DNA of 64,000 nucleotides, from the NCBI GenBank assembly GCA_030390025.1, contig CM059432.1, forward strand, positions 92,940,001 through 93,004,000, given 5' to 3'. Position 1 is the stretch's first letter, and each line of letters starts with the position of its first letter. Below the pieces are notes generated by a model, which was not told the origin of the DNA, searched no databases, and saw nothing but the letters and a program-made list of their open reading frames with translations. A program made the position numbers and the translations under genes. This DNA comes from Squalus acanthias (taxonomy: Eukaryota). Shown here piece by piece: positions 1-12,949 of the stretch.

Positions 1-2559
1 GGCCCAAAATCTTTATTTGTTATGGAATCTGTTTAAAATTTCTACTTTAACTGGTTTTATAAGTGTTTGTTCTTTAAAGTTGCAAATTAGCAGTTTTCTT
101 GTTAATTTCTTCATTTTGGTAGAAGCTACTATGTATACTGGCTTTTCCTAAGGTGCTCAATTGATGCAATAGAATGGAAAGCCTCCGTTGTGGCAAAATC
201 CTGGTTCAGTTGAACCATGAAACCGTGTTACTCCTTTGGTTCAGCTTGCAATGTTCATATCTGTTGGTATAATATTCTTAATTACAAATGGGTTTTTAAG
301 AGGGGAATTCTCCTCGGTCATGTAGAGATTAAAGGATGTGTGGAGATTGTCTACAAGGTTGATTTTCCACCCTCAACAGAAGATGTACTGGTGGAGTTGC
401 ATGGCCAAGTAACGGGCGAATGCTCTTGGCCCCACACAGTTGGTCACTAATGCTCACAAATTGGGCCAGCTTTTGGGTTTGGCCATTGGCTTGCTGTTGA
501 GTAGAGTTGGTCACTGTCAACCGTTTTAAGAGCATCAGTGGGGATTATAGTAATTAACCACTCAAGGCTCTCGCCTTGCTTCTGGAACAGATATCAGTTT
601 GAGTTGACCAACATTGAGCCTGAACAGGATGGTGCAAGACATAGAACTAATCATTAGACATCAACATGCTTTTGGCAAGAGAAAGAGCAAGTTAGTTAAG
701 GAATTTTCTAAAAGACTCCTTCAGTGCTGTGTCCTTGGCCATTGAAAGGGCTTTTGCCCATCTCCCAGTTGTCACAGCACTAACACAAGCAGTAGTGTGT
801 TAAACTCAACTTACTGGTACAGAAATCCTAGTGCTAACATTTCTGTAAACCGTGCAGGTTGTCATGTAACATTTTCAGAATGTCTGCTCCTGAATAATGA
901 AATATTCCGGTGGTAGTAGAATTTGCTCTTCTGCATTTGGATTATGCCCAGAAAAAGAGGCTTAAGGTGTGTAACGCTAATGTGAAGTATTAGTGGTTAC
1001 AATGTGGTGGTGTGGTGGGAGTATTTTGAGGTGTTGAATTAAGAGGATTATGTAAGAAGCATATTACTCAAGATTAAAGCTTATTGGTTTAAGTACAGTT
1101 TTCCTATAGCATATAGGTAATGATATGTTAAATGTACCCAGCAATACTACTGGTGTGGGTACTGATTTGATTTGGGTAGCGTGACCAAGGCAAGTGGATA
1201 CTTTTAATACGTTTCCTCATTACCTCTGAGGTGGATTCTGACAGGCAAAGGGTTCCTGTTACAAGGACTCTGTAAAACTTCAGGAATAAGCACTGGAAAA
1301 GATGCTGGCTGAGCAGATATATCATTTCATGAGTCCAATTGCTTCTCTTTTGGGGTCCAACAACGTGTTATGGGGTGAGAAAAGATACATATTTTGTAGT
1401 GCTCCAAATAACATTGCCTGTGTTGACTCCTAAAAATGAATATAGGAAAAAAGAGTTCAAAATAGACGTCTAAAATTTGGAAGGTATCAAGACTGTAGTG
1501 GCCTGCGTGCCTTTTAGAAGGATTTCTGTTTGCACAGCCACGTGCTGCGTCCTTGATTGTCTCAATTGCAGATGCAATAAGGCCGTGTTATCCAATATAT
1601 TAGCCACTAAATACATGTGGCTAATTAGGAATCCAGATGTGACTCATTCTATTTTTGATTAGTAAATAAAAAATTCGTAATGGACACCGTCTGGTGTGTG
1701 ATCTCAATGTTCATATTCGTATGGTGTATGCATGTGTATTTTAACCTTTTTTGTTCATTATATGTGCATTAATTTGGTTACTGCATATTGGTTATCTACT
1801 AAAATGGTGTGTAACATGGGTGAAAATGCATGTTAGTACCAGCAACTTTGTATGGAGAGGGGAGCTGTGATTGCGGTTAAGATCGACCAATCGGAATAAC
1901 TGCTTCAGGCGAGCAGAAGAAAGCAAGCCCAACTGATGATGAGCAGCTTTAACATGGCACAATATAGCAAAGGGCAAGCAACATCCAACTGCGTTCTGGG
2001 TGGAGAGTAGCGGGGGGTGGGGTGGGTCTGGCGCGTCTCACTGTACATGTCACTGAGCATTCACTCTGATAAAGTAAAAGTACTGCTCGCATCTGCTGGA
2101 CAAAAATCTAGAAGTTTCACTAAGATGTGCTGTGTCTCATAAATGCATGCCAGAATCCTAAACTTTGGTAAAAGAGGAAGACTGCAAAGTTTCCTACTGA
2201 ATGGTGGTAGGTGTTTTTTGAGTAAATATACACGTGAAGTATATTTACCTGTATTGTGTGTAAGGCATTTGTTTACTAAAATTAGAGCATGTGGTGAAAA
2301 CGGTGAAGCTGTTGCCTTGCCTGTGGCTAGTCAGCGATTTCTATTGGACAAGACTGAAATAAGGCAAGCCTCCACATCGGGGAAGACTCCAGTTCCACTG
2401 GAAAAGGTGCCTACTAGATACAGTGGTAAATGTTGATATTTGTGGGGTGTATTTCAAATGCATTCTCCATTCCTCAGCACAAACATTCTGTACATATTAA
2501 TTTGGCTACCACTTATCCAGCAATGGCCAGAAGTTCAATGTGTGTTAACATTGCCAAGA

Positions 2560-2868
2560 TGGTTAAACTGCCACAAGGGTGGAAATTGCAGAGACTCTGG
2601 CCACAATTTTCCAATCCTCCTTAGATATGGGAGTGGTGCCAGAGGAGTGGAAGATTGCAAATCTTACACCGCTGTTTTAAAACAAAAAGGGAGAGCGATA
2701 AACCCGGCAACTACAGGCCAGTCAGCCTAACGTTGATGGTGGGGGAATTTTTAGAGGCAATAATCCAGGACAAAATTAATTGGCATTTGGAAAAGTATGG
2801 GCTAATAAATGAACATCAGCATGGATTTGTTAAAGGCAAATTGTGTTTGACTAACTTGATTGAGTTAT
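2560..2868 (+). mobile_element. CR1 LINE ORF2 (RT N-terminal) fragment
   Basis: DKPGNYRPVSLTLMVGEFLEAIIQDKI...QHGFVKGKLCLTNLIE. Confidence 0.85.
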
Positions 2869-2869
2869 A

Positions 2870-3670
2870 AAATCATAGAATAGTACAACACAGCAGGAGG
2901 CCATTCGGCCCATCTAGTGCGCCGGCTCTTCTGAAAAGCAATCCAGTTAGTCCCACTCCCTCGCTCTTTCCCCATATCCCTGCAATTTTTTCTCCAAGTA
3001 TTTTGTAATAGCCTTTTGAAGTCTACTATCGAATCTGTATCCACCACCCTATCAGGCAGTGCATTCCAAATCCTAACCACTTGTTTCATAAAAAATGTTT
3101 TTCCTTATGTCGCCTCTGGTTCTTTTGCCAATCAGCTTAAATCTGTGCCTTCTCGGGCCATTGGGATCAGTTTCTCTTTGTTTACTCATGATTTTTCAAC
3201 GCCTCTATCAAATCTCCTCTTAGCCTTCTCTGCTCCAAGGAGAATAACCCCAGCTTCTCTAGTCTAGCCACGTAACTGTAATCCCTCATTCCTGGAACCA
3301 TTCTAGTAAATCTCTTCTGTACCTCCAAAGCCTTCATGTCCTTCCTAAAGTGTGGTGCCCAGAATTGGACACACTACTCCAGTTGGGGCTGAACTAGTGT
3401 TTTCTATAGGTTTAGCATAACTTCCTGGCTTTTGTACTCTATGCCTTTTATTTATAAAGCCCAGGATCCCATATTCTTTATTAACTGTTTTGTCGACCTG
3501 TCCTACCACCTTCAAAGATTTGTGCACAGACACCCCCAGAGGTCTCTGTTCTTGCACCCCTGTTAAAATTGTACCATTTAGTATGTATGTATAGTCTCTC
3601 CTAATTTTTCCTACCAAAATATATCACCTCAAACGTCTCTGCGTTGAATTTCATCTGCCATATGTTGTCC
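2870..3670 (-). mobile_element. CR1/HER1-type LINE 3' end
   Basis: VVRIWNALPDRVV, GVSVHKSLKVVGQVDK; tail gggccgaatggcctcc-type on the minus strand. Confidence 0.85.
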
Positions 3671-4839
3671 ATTTCAGATTATTTATTTGTAGTTTTTAAA
3701 AAGAAACAAATTAAATGGCAAAGCCTCCTCTTGGCATACCTTTTGTTTTCCTTCTGACCTGTAGTGGCTGTGGTTCTAGTTATGGCTCTGTGCTTCAGTG
3801 TTCTCGCTGTTGGAAATTCGCTCCTCTAGGCAAAAAGGTAAGGACCCATCCGAGCAAGATACAGCAGAATGGAGTAAAGATTGCCTGATAGACACAATTT
3901 TCTTGGAGCAATTATACCAGGTGACCTCACCACCCCCAGCCTCCCTCCAGCGCAGTGTGATGGGAGCATTCTATTTCTGTGTATTTCAGAAAGTAGGAAC
4001 AACTGTACTTGCGATATGAGATCTTTAATACTTTCATGAGTTTATGTTTAGTTCAAAAGGAGCCCAAATTAATCATGGTGTTTTAACAGCAGCTGACCAA
4101 ACCTGGCCATACCAGTTCACACTTGTAGCCCATTTATGTTTGGGAACATTTTGAAATGGGTGAACTTCGACACGTGAGAGAAACTAGTGACAAAGCCACA
4201 GTGAAGGGTAAACCTGAATAGTATCTCTCCTGTTATCTGCAGTGTCCCAGCTGTGATCAAGAAACGAAGTCCAGATGGGGGATGAAATGTGAAACACATG
4301 TCTCCGCTAATTGCTGCTTTAATTTTTGATAAACTTGAGCACAAGTTTTATTTTAAAACGTAACCACTTGTAAGCTTTTCCACCAAGCATGGGCTTGAAA
4401 TTGTTCATGTTTCTTGTAATAACTCAATATTGTGTAACAATTGAAGTAATTGCTTTGATGTACTTTCTGTGGATAAACGTTCATGTTTTGGTTAAATTGA
4501 TCAGTTATTGCAAAGAATTAAATTCTGAGCTTTATCTTCTGAAGTAAGCTTTTCAAAATTATTTTAATGTTCAACAGGGGTGATCATGGGAGGAAGAAGC
4601 CTTTTTCTATTGGTAATCTTGGTACTAAATTTGTTGTAAAAATTACAGTGCCAAAAAGCACTTGTATGGAGCAGGGAGGGGGAGAGACAAAGTGGATTTT
4701 TTTGGATGGAACACAGCTCATCATCTCTTTTGTTCTATTATGTCCAGTCAGATGGTTCTTGTCAACAGCAGGAATAAAAGTATCAATTTCAATTTAGGTG
4801 CTCTAGCCTGCAGGGCAGCTTTTCTTTGTAAGATCACGT

Positions 4840-5575
4840 ACATATTTGGGTCTGAGTTGCGACGCAGGTTAGCAAGGCCATAAAAAAAGCAAACCAAGCA
4901 CTCGGGTTTATTTCTAGAGGGATAGAATTGAAAAGTAGGGAAGTTATGCTAAAGCTGTATCGAACCTTGGTTAGACTACACTTGGAGTACTGCGTGCAGT
5001 TCTGGTTGGCATATTATAAAAAGGATGTAGAGGCATTGGAGAGGGTGCAGAGAAGATTTACATGAATGATACCAGAAATGCGAGGGTTTTCATATCGGGA
5101 AAGGGTGAACAGGCTGGGTCTCTTTTCTCATTTTGGGCGGGGTGGGGGGAGGCTGAGGGGTGACCTAATAGAGGTCTTTTAAAATTATGAAAGGTTTTGA
5201 TAGAGTGGATACAGAGAGAATGTTTCCACTTGTGGGGAAGAGGCAAACCAGAGGCCATCAATATAAGATAGTCACCAAGAAATCCAATCGGGAATTCAGA
5301 AAAAATTTCTTTACCCAAAGAGTGGTGAGAATGTGGAACTCGCTGCCACAGGGAGTGGTTGAAGCGAATAGTATGGATGCATTTAAGGGGAGGCTAGACA
5401 AGCATATAGGATGTGGGCGTCGTTGGCAAGGCCAGCATTTATTGCCCATCCCTAATTGCCCTTGAGAAGGTGATCAGATAGATTTGGAGGAGGCTCGTGT
5501 GGAGCATAAATGCCAGCATGGACTGGTTGTGCCGAATGGCCTGTTTCTGTGCCATATATTCTATGTAATCCTATA
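4840..5575 (+). mobile_element. CR1 LINE 3' end, interrupted at ~5410-5471 by an antisense tail of another LINE/SINE family
   Basis: MKGFDRVDTERMFPLVG...RKNFFTQRVVRMWNSLPQGVVEA. Confidence 0.85.
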
Positions 5576-5699
5576 ATTAAATTTCTTTTTAGTATAAGAA
5601 CAAACAGTTAGAATTCAAATGCACTTTTGTGAACAATTACAATATATTCAAAGTCTTGTGCATAGCGTGCACTTCCTGTGTTACACTTACTTCCTATAA

Positions 5700-6680
5700 C
5701 ACTCTCCCTGTTGTACTTCCCAATCCATCCATGGCTCATTCCTCTTCCTCATCTACATGCTGCCCTTTGCCATCATCATCTGCCGACATGTCAGCTTCCA
5801 CATGTACGTTGACGACACTCAGCACTACCTCCACCACCTCTCTCAACCCCTTCTCTGCGTCTGTGTTGTCAAACTGCTTGTCTGACCCAGTCTTGGATGA
5901 ACTGCATTTTCCTCCAGCTAACCCTTGGGAAGACCAAAGCCATTATCTTTATCCTCCGCTATAAACTTTGTACCCTTGCCACTAACCATCCTCCTTCTTT
6001 GCCACTGTCTTAGGCTGAACCAGACTGTTCACAGCCTTGGTGCCCTATACAACTCCAAGCTGTGCTTCTGATCCCAAAGACCACACACATTTCCGCTTAA
6101 ACATAGACCCCAGCTCAGTCCATCTGTTGCTGAAACCCTCATCCATTTGTCACCTCCAGATGATCATCCAACCGCCTCCCATTCTGCACCCTCCATAAAC
6201 TTCAGCTCATCCAAAAATCTGCTGCCCAGTCCTGTCCTGCATCCCTGTTCCTGTTCTTGATGACCTACACTGGCTTTTAGTCCCACAATGCTTCAAATGT
6301 AAAATTCTCATCCTTCAGTTTAAATCCCTCCATGGCCTCACCCATCTCTTTTTTTTTCTCTCTCTAATCTCCTCCAGTGCTCCCCTGCCTTTTTTTTTTC
6401 CCCCGCCCCCTGTCCCCATCTTCCAAACGCTCTGTTTCTCTGACTCTGGCTTATTCAGCACTCCCTTTGCCCCACCATTGGTGGCTGTGCCTTCCACCAC
6501 CTAGGCCCCATGTGCTGGAATTCCCATCCTAAATTCCTCTGCCTCTCTCACCTCCCTCCTTTAAGACTCTCTTTAAAACTCACTTCTTAATATCTTTTGC
6601 TTGACCAATTTTTTTCTTTTCGTATCTATTAAGTGCCTTTCTATATTGAAGGCACTATATAAATCCAAGTTGTTGATGGC
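5700..6680 (+). mobile_element. Degraded L2-type LINE 3' portion
   Basis: Similar to 30590-31920; ends in aaggcactatataaatccaagttgttg. Confidence 0.7.
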
Positions 6681-7904
6681 TACTAAGGACACTCGCTTTA
6701 GTTGTGAACTGCAGCCAGTCATAACATTAGAGTAATTTCTTGAAGATAAACACCCTGTCCTTGTATGAGAAGACCTTGCAGTGATTTGCTCACTTCTCAC
6801 TTTTTTTGGCCCTCCCTCTTGGACAAAACCTGTTAATGAGGTTCCTAACAACAGCCTGTTGCAAATGTCATCCAGGCCTCAATAATGGTCTTGGCAACAG
6901 TTTAAGCAATCCTTTATCCTGAGGGCTGATGAAGAATGGCAAATCTGCAGTGTAAGTTGCACAGCTTAGTGATTTGTGCAAAAGCACTCTAACTAGCTGT
7001 ATATTATGGGCTGCAATGTCACCTGCCAGAAGAAGGCTCTGTTGCCACATACATGTAGTGGGGAATCTTTGGTAGATGGGATAGTTTTGAAATTGCATTC
7101 CATTATTCAATCCCGAACATAGAATGTTGCCGTGCATCTGAATATGAGTAAACCATTGCCTGTGTTAATTTTTGTGTGATGCATATAACTTGGGCTTTCT
7201 CTCTCCTCAATCAATTGAATTTTAAGCAAGATCAATAAACCATCAAGTTTACCCTAGTAATATGACTTCAAAGCCAGATCCTATTTTGGCAATGCCTTAA
7301 AGCATAGACTGACTTCATTTTTCATAATTCAGGCATCTATTGGAAGTTGTCCAATTTTGATTTGGTTCTAGGGAATCGCTTTTATTTTTGTTTAGATGTC
7401 ATGTGGCCATTCCTCTGCCCCTGTGCGTGTGCGCTCTTGCACGCTTTCTTTCTCTTACATTCCCATTCTTGTGTACAGGCCCAAGATGTGTTCCATATTG
7501 CTAGTTTTGATAAGTTTCTAAAAGTTCTTGGCTGCACGTCACTTTTATTTGACTTCTGCAGTTTTTTAAACGGGCTTTAGGAAAGACTTGTACCTATTTA
7601 AACTTTTTTTGAACAGTATTATTTGTTTCTCTCAATAAATTCTTCATGTGTAAGGTTGGGCGAGGCCAATGACTCCAGTCTTTTTACATTCATCTGGCAA
7701 AATCTACTGTTCTCAGTCTCTGGTTGTTGCATCTTCATGCCTTCAACATGACAGGCCTATAAAGGAATAAATACTTGATATTCTTGGGCAATCCAGTGAG
7801 GTTTTTTTGTTCCATTAGCAATATCACCAGAACATAGCTTCTGTCGATAATTAAAAAAGTGTCCATTCGGTGGCGGCTGCAATCCTTCAAGTTGGAGCTT
7901 GGTA

Positions 7905-7947
7905 CCCCGGGTTCATCCCTCGGACCCCGGGTTCATCCCTCGGACCC
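7905..7947. repeat. Two-copy 20-bp tandem duplication (ccccgggttcatccctcgga)
   Basis: Direct inspection. Confidence 0.8.
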
Positions 7948-8319
7948 AGCTTCATAGATGCATATAAAATTTGGAGCTTCGTACCCTGGTTTTGAGCAGT
8001 GACTTAGATTGTAGCTCAAGAAAAGAATACAATGGGGGTAATTTTAACTATTATGAACAGATGAAAAATGGATGTTAGTGAACAGGCAGCCTGTTTTACA
8101 CCTCACTCGATTTTCTTTTCCATTAACTTCAATGGATGTCCCTTTTTGGTTTACTGCTGTTGTGCCTAAGGTATCTTTGAGAAATCTGGGTGTGGTCTTA
8201 GTGTGTAAGGAAGCTTCCTTGCGCCCTTCCATTGTTGAAGAAATGGGATGTACAAGACCCTTCACAAGGCAATGTTCTAGTTGCCAGGTTGATGATCACA
8301 AAGTCAAACTATCACAAGA

Positions 8320-9180
8320 TAATTAGGTATGAGAAAAGCCATTTGGCCCATTTTAATTCACCTATCTAGAGAGATTATAAACTCCCTCGCCTCACTTCAA
8401 TATCCAACTGTTTCTTCAGAGTCCATGATTGTTGCTTCCACGACTCTTCCTGGAAGTCTATTCTATATGTCGATCACTCTATGAAGAGTTTCCTGACATC
8501 AGTTCTAAATTCACCTACTAGCTTGAACTTGTGTCCCTTTGTCCAAAACTTTCAGTTTAATTTAAAGTATTATTCTGGATTTACAGTTTGCATTTCGCTA
8601 ATTAACTTGTATATTTCTAAGATCATCTCTCTCTCGCCAGATTTAACATCTTCTGAATCCAAGTATTTTATGTAACGTGGAACCTGTAGTGGTCCCAATA
8701 ACAAACTCCTGGACACTCTACTCAGCACTTCCCTTCTCCACTTCTCCCATCTGGTGTATTGTGTTCAGTTCTGGACACCGAACCTCAGGAATGATGTATT
8801 GTCCCTGAAGAGGGTACAGCACAGATTCACCATAATCATACCAGCATATAAAGGGTTAAATTATGAGGACAGGTTGCATAAATTTGGGTTGTATTCCCTT
8901 GTGTTTAGAAAGCTAAGGGATGCTCTGGTTGAAGTGTTTAAAGTGATAAAAATGATTTGATAGAGTAGATACAGAGAAGCTATTTCCTCTGGTGGGTAAT
9001 CCAGAACAAGGGGGTATAATCTTTATTAGAGCTAGGTCATTCCGGATTGAATCAGGAAGCACTTTTCTTTACACACAGGGCAGTGGAAACGTGGAATTCT
9101 CTTTCTCCCCCACCGCCTTCCTAAAAGGCTGTGGATGCTGGGTCAGTTGAAATTTTCAAGACTGACGGATAGATTTTTAT
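8320..9180. mobile_element. Two CR1 fragments (minus ~8320-8660, plus ~8750-9180)
   Basis: YCVQFWTPNLRNDVLSLKRVQHRFT on plus; complementary CR1 3' sequence on minus. Confidence 0.7.
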
Positions 9181-9189
9181 CTGTCAAAG

Positions 9190-9490
9190 AACAAGAAAGA
9201 TGTCGCATTTATATCGTGCTTTTCCTGACCTCAGGACATCCCAAAGCGCTTTACAGGCAATTAAGCATCTTTTGAAGTGAAGTTACTACTGTAATGTAAA
9301 CACGCAGCCAATTTGCACGCAGCTAGATCCCATAAACAGCACTAAGACAATGACCAGATAATTTGTTATGGGCATTGGTTGAGGGATAAATGTTGGTCAG
9401 GACGTCTGAGAGAACTCCCCTGCTCTTCAAATAATGCCGTGGGAACTTTTACATCCACCTCAGTTTAACATCTCATCCGAAAGACAAAGT
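9190..9490 (-). mobile_element. Deu-domain SINE (SacSINE1/AmnSINE-like)
   Basis: gggaactttttacatccacc...tttaacatctcatccgaaagac is the reverse complement of the recalled Deu core; L2-like tail. Confidence 0.7.
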
Positions 9491-10655
9491 TAAAAATTTG
9501 TCTTCCAGGTGTTAGTTTCAGCCTGCAGGGTTAGTGACCTGGAGGTTTTAGTTTGTAGATCAGCCTATTTTATTTAGCATGAGGATGGAGTAGTTCTTGG
9601 ACTCCCTTAAGGTTTTTCCTTTAGGTAGCCTCAGTTTCATTCTGGGCAGGAATTTGTTCCCTCTTTGTCAGCTGCCTCATCAATTTGATGTGGATTTAAG
9701 GTTAACTGTAAATAGTGTTCTTGCATTTATGTTTTCCAAACTCAGGATTTTAGGGAAATCCTGGCAGTTATTTGTCCCATGTAAAAAGATGTTGGGTAGC
9801 TTGGTGTCAAAGCAGTATATAGCAAAGTGACTAATCGAATGTATTGTGCATTGTATCAGTCATGTTACTGAGGTCTGGGCTCCACAGTATTTTTCCAAGT
9901 ATCATCAGCCTGTTTGTTTGACCTTCTACCATATGTGTGTGCGTGCTGCTCACTTTTTGTTGCTAGTGTAGAATGCTTTTTGGATGTGAGATTGCCATAT
10001 TTTTCTACGTACTCAGTACAGGCATTATGTTTTTAATGTCTAACTTTAAGATGCTACGGTCTTCTGTAATTTTATGGTTTAGAGATATTGCTGCAGTTTT
10101 TAAAAGCCCATATTTGTAAAAATACTAGGTTAGAGTAAGCTCAATATTCTAGCGTTTGTCATTATAAAAGAGGTTATTCCTACTGCTTCCACTTTTGTTA
10201 AAGCAGAAGTCCAGGTAACCTAGCCAAAAATGATATTCGTGATTGCGTATAATACTCTGCCTTTTTGAGTGTTCGCCAATCTTTTAAGTAATCAATATTT
10301 TTCCATTCCCCCACAAACATTGTATCGCTCTTTGCTGGAGGTGCCCACTTGGCAAGTTAGTGTTTTGTTGGTTTAGTTCAGCAATGTCGGTCAAATCTCT
10401 TGACACAATACATAGACAGGGGAGCTCATTCAAGAAAACCTATTAATCACATGCACAAAATGTGACTGAATTAATTAGCTTTTGTTTTAAAAAAAAAAAT
10501 GTTCTCCTCTTCCAGTATATGGCAAGTATAAAGTTATATATTGCATGGTAATGATTGTAAGATGCTCCATTAGAACAAATAGTTTTCCTTTTAACTTTGG
10601 GGAAATGAGATTTTAGTAGTCACATTGTGCACTGGTTTGAAGAATTGAAGTTACT

Positions 10656-11669
10656 GGCCTTGAGTTTCTGCTCGATTGTGCTGGAATTTTCGACGCAATT
10701 CCCCAATAGCGCAAATGATCGTGGAATGTTAAGCGCAAATTGCACTGAGCGCAACTCAATCTTTTGTGCTAGTTTAAAAAAAATCGCGCTAGAAGCAGGC
10801 CCCGCCCAAAAAACTGGCTACGTCCCCAGGGTGAATTAATCACCACTGTGAGGTTGCAGGCCTTTGAGGAGGCTCCAAAAATTAAGCTGGAACTTTTGGT
10901 GCAAGGACACCAATGGGTGCGTTTTGAATTTTTTTTTTAAATGCCTAAGGAACTTAGTACTGTAACTGAATCTAACTTGCAAATAGTTTGGTGTATTTTT
11001 TAAGTCATTTAAAATCGGGGTACTCGCAGATGGTGAATTGACACTGATTTGAAATGCTTATTTTTTTGTGGAAAACCCATTTTCAGCTGTATTAATCAAA
11101 CATTATCCACACTTTTGGTTTGTGCCTTTTCCCTTTTTTTCTCTCTCCCCCATGGCAGCTATCTTTCATTCTGCCAGCACTTCACACTTCTGAGCCATCT
11201 TTTGTTTCTTAACCTGTCCTATTACCATCTCGTCTTGCCTTGAGCATCTCTTAATGTCTCTTTACTTCTCACAGACCTCCCCTTTTGTTCTTTTATTCCT
11301 TCCCCCAGCCTCCCTCTTGCTTTTTTTTAATATCTGTTTCATTTCCTGTTTTTTCTCCGTTCTGACGAAGGGTCTTCGACCTGAAACGTTAACTCTGTTT
11401 CTCTCTCCACGGATGTTGCCTGGCCTGCTGAGTTTTTCCAGCGCTTTCTGTTATTTCAATTTTCCAGCATCTGCAGTATTTTGCTATTGTACTACTATTA
11501 AATGTTTGAAGCTACTCGATTGTGCTGGTTCATGGCAGATTTTGCTTTTGGTGATATGCAAATGAGTTTGAGCAGAAACTTGGGTGGGGGAAACGGGTGG
11601 TGGGCACTTCAAAATGTGCGCAATTTGCACCGGAATCGGCAATTGCGCCCAAAGCGGAAACTCTACCCC
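10656..11669. mobile_element. PIF/Harbinger-like MITE, copy 1 (contains a Penelope insert)
   Basis: Imperfect TIR (GAGTTTCTGCT ... AGCGGAAACTCTACCCC); 3-bp TSD ACT on both sides; homologous to 51231-52617. Confidence 0.65.
11200..11490 (+). mobile_element. Penelope-like element terminal fragment with hammerhead-like core
   Basis: ttctgacgaagggtcttcgacctgaaacgttaactctgtttctctctccacggatgttgcctggcctgctgag, the typical fish/shark Penelope end. Confidence 0.7.
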
Positions 11670-12949
11670 ACTGCTCTTTACCATGGCTTTGAGGACCAGT
11701 GAGTTATCTTGGTGTTGAAGGGGCAGACATGACTATGCTATACAGCAAGTACTTTTTCCACAGTTTCTAATCTTTGTAACTGTTGGCAACTCGAGCTTCC
11801 AGGGCCTTGGCCATTGGGAATTTTTTTAAAAGATTGCACACTTGAAGCTGAAGAAAACAGTAGTATTTCAATAATACCTATTTGTGTCTGTACTAGTTCT
11901 ACAGCAGTGATGGTAAACCCGTGCAACTAAGCACTTAAAAAAAAAAAATGTTTACTTCTATTTAAATATAACACTTTTCATCTCCCCTTCCTTCCCCCAT
12001 TCTCCTATTAATCTTCTCATTCTTCTTCCACATTCTCCTAATTTAGTAGGTTGGGAAAACTAAAATTTGATGCAGCAGGTCCAGAGAACAGACTCTGGGC
12101 TGGGTGATTTTGTAAGTTTCCAACATTGAGGTGCTGGAACAAATACTAATTTATGCAGTAATTATGCTACCATTTAAAAGCCATAAGTAAGATTTTCACT
12201 GGTGATGGCAATATAAACACTTCCGTTCTCATCTCCCTGCCTCTCTTCCTACTTTCCCTTCCCCTCCTTTTTTTATTTTTTGGAGGTTATTACAGAAGGA
12301 TGAGAAAAACAATGCGAAAGAGTGTCAAAACAATGCATTGTGTAAATTTAAAAAATTCAGGGTGGATTAGCAGCCATTATAATGGTATTTAATTACTTTA
12401 AACTTCATTTTTAAATTTCTCCTCAAGCAAATTTGTCATGTGTGTGTATATATAATTTCTCATTTTTAAGAAGTAAAATTTAAAATTCCTTTTGCCTTTC
12501 CTTCCTTCTGGCTTGAAACTTACATTTTGGTAGTGGGAGCAATTTACAAAAAAATAACTGGCTGCAAGGTCAATTTTTGGGTAATCAAAACCCAGAATGG
12601 TGGCGATTGGCTTGCAAGCAGGTCAGCCTGGCCCTTGTAAATATAGGAAGGGGCTGTCACAGGAAGAGTATACTTGGCAGTTCATAGTACAACTGTGTGT
12701 GGGTGAATCGGCTGGTGTATAAAGCAGTATGGATTGTCCTTTTTCCCCCCCCCCCCCCCCCCCTCTACCACCCAGGCCATTCCATTAATTTTGGAGATGA
12801 AAAGGCTTTTAACTTGCTGAAACCAGTTCCATGGGCCTGTTTTTCAACCTGTTAATATCTTGAAATCCAAACATTGACATTTATGTGAAATGGTCATCTT
12901 TGATGCTATAAAATTCAACAAATCAGTAATAGAATATAATGTTTTTATT

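Noticed and set aside
7905..7947. CRISPR-like or functional repeat array
   Set aside because: Only a two-copy tandem duplication without spacers, in eukaryotic DNA.
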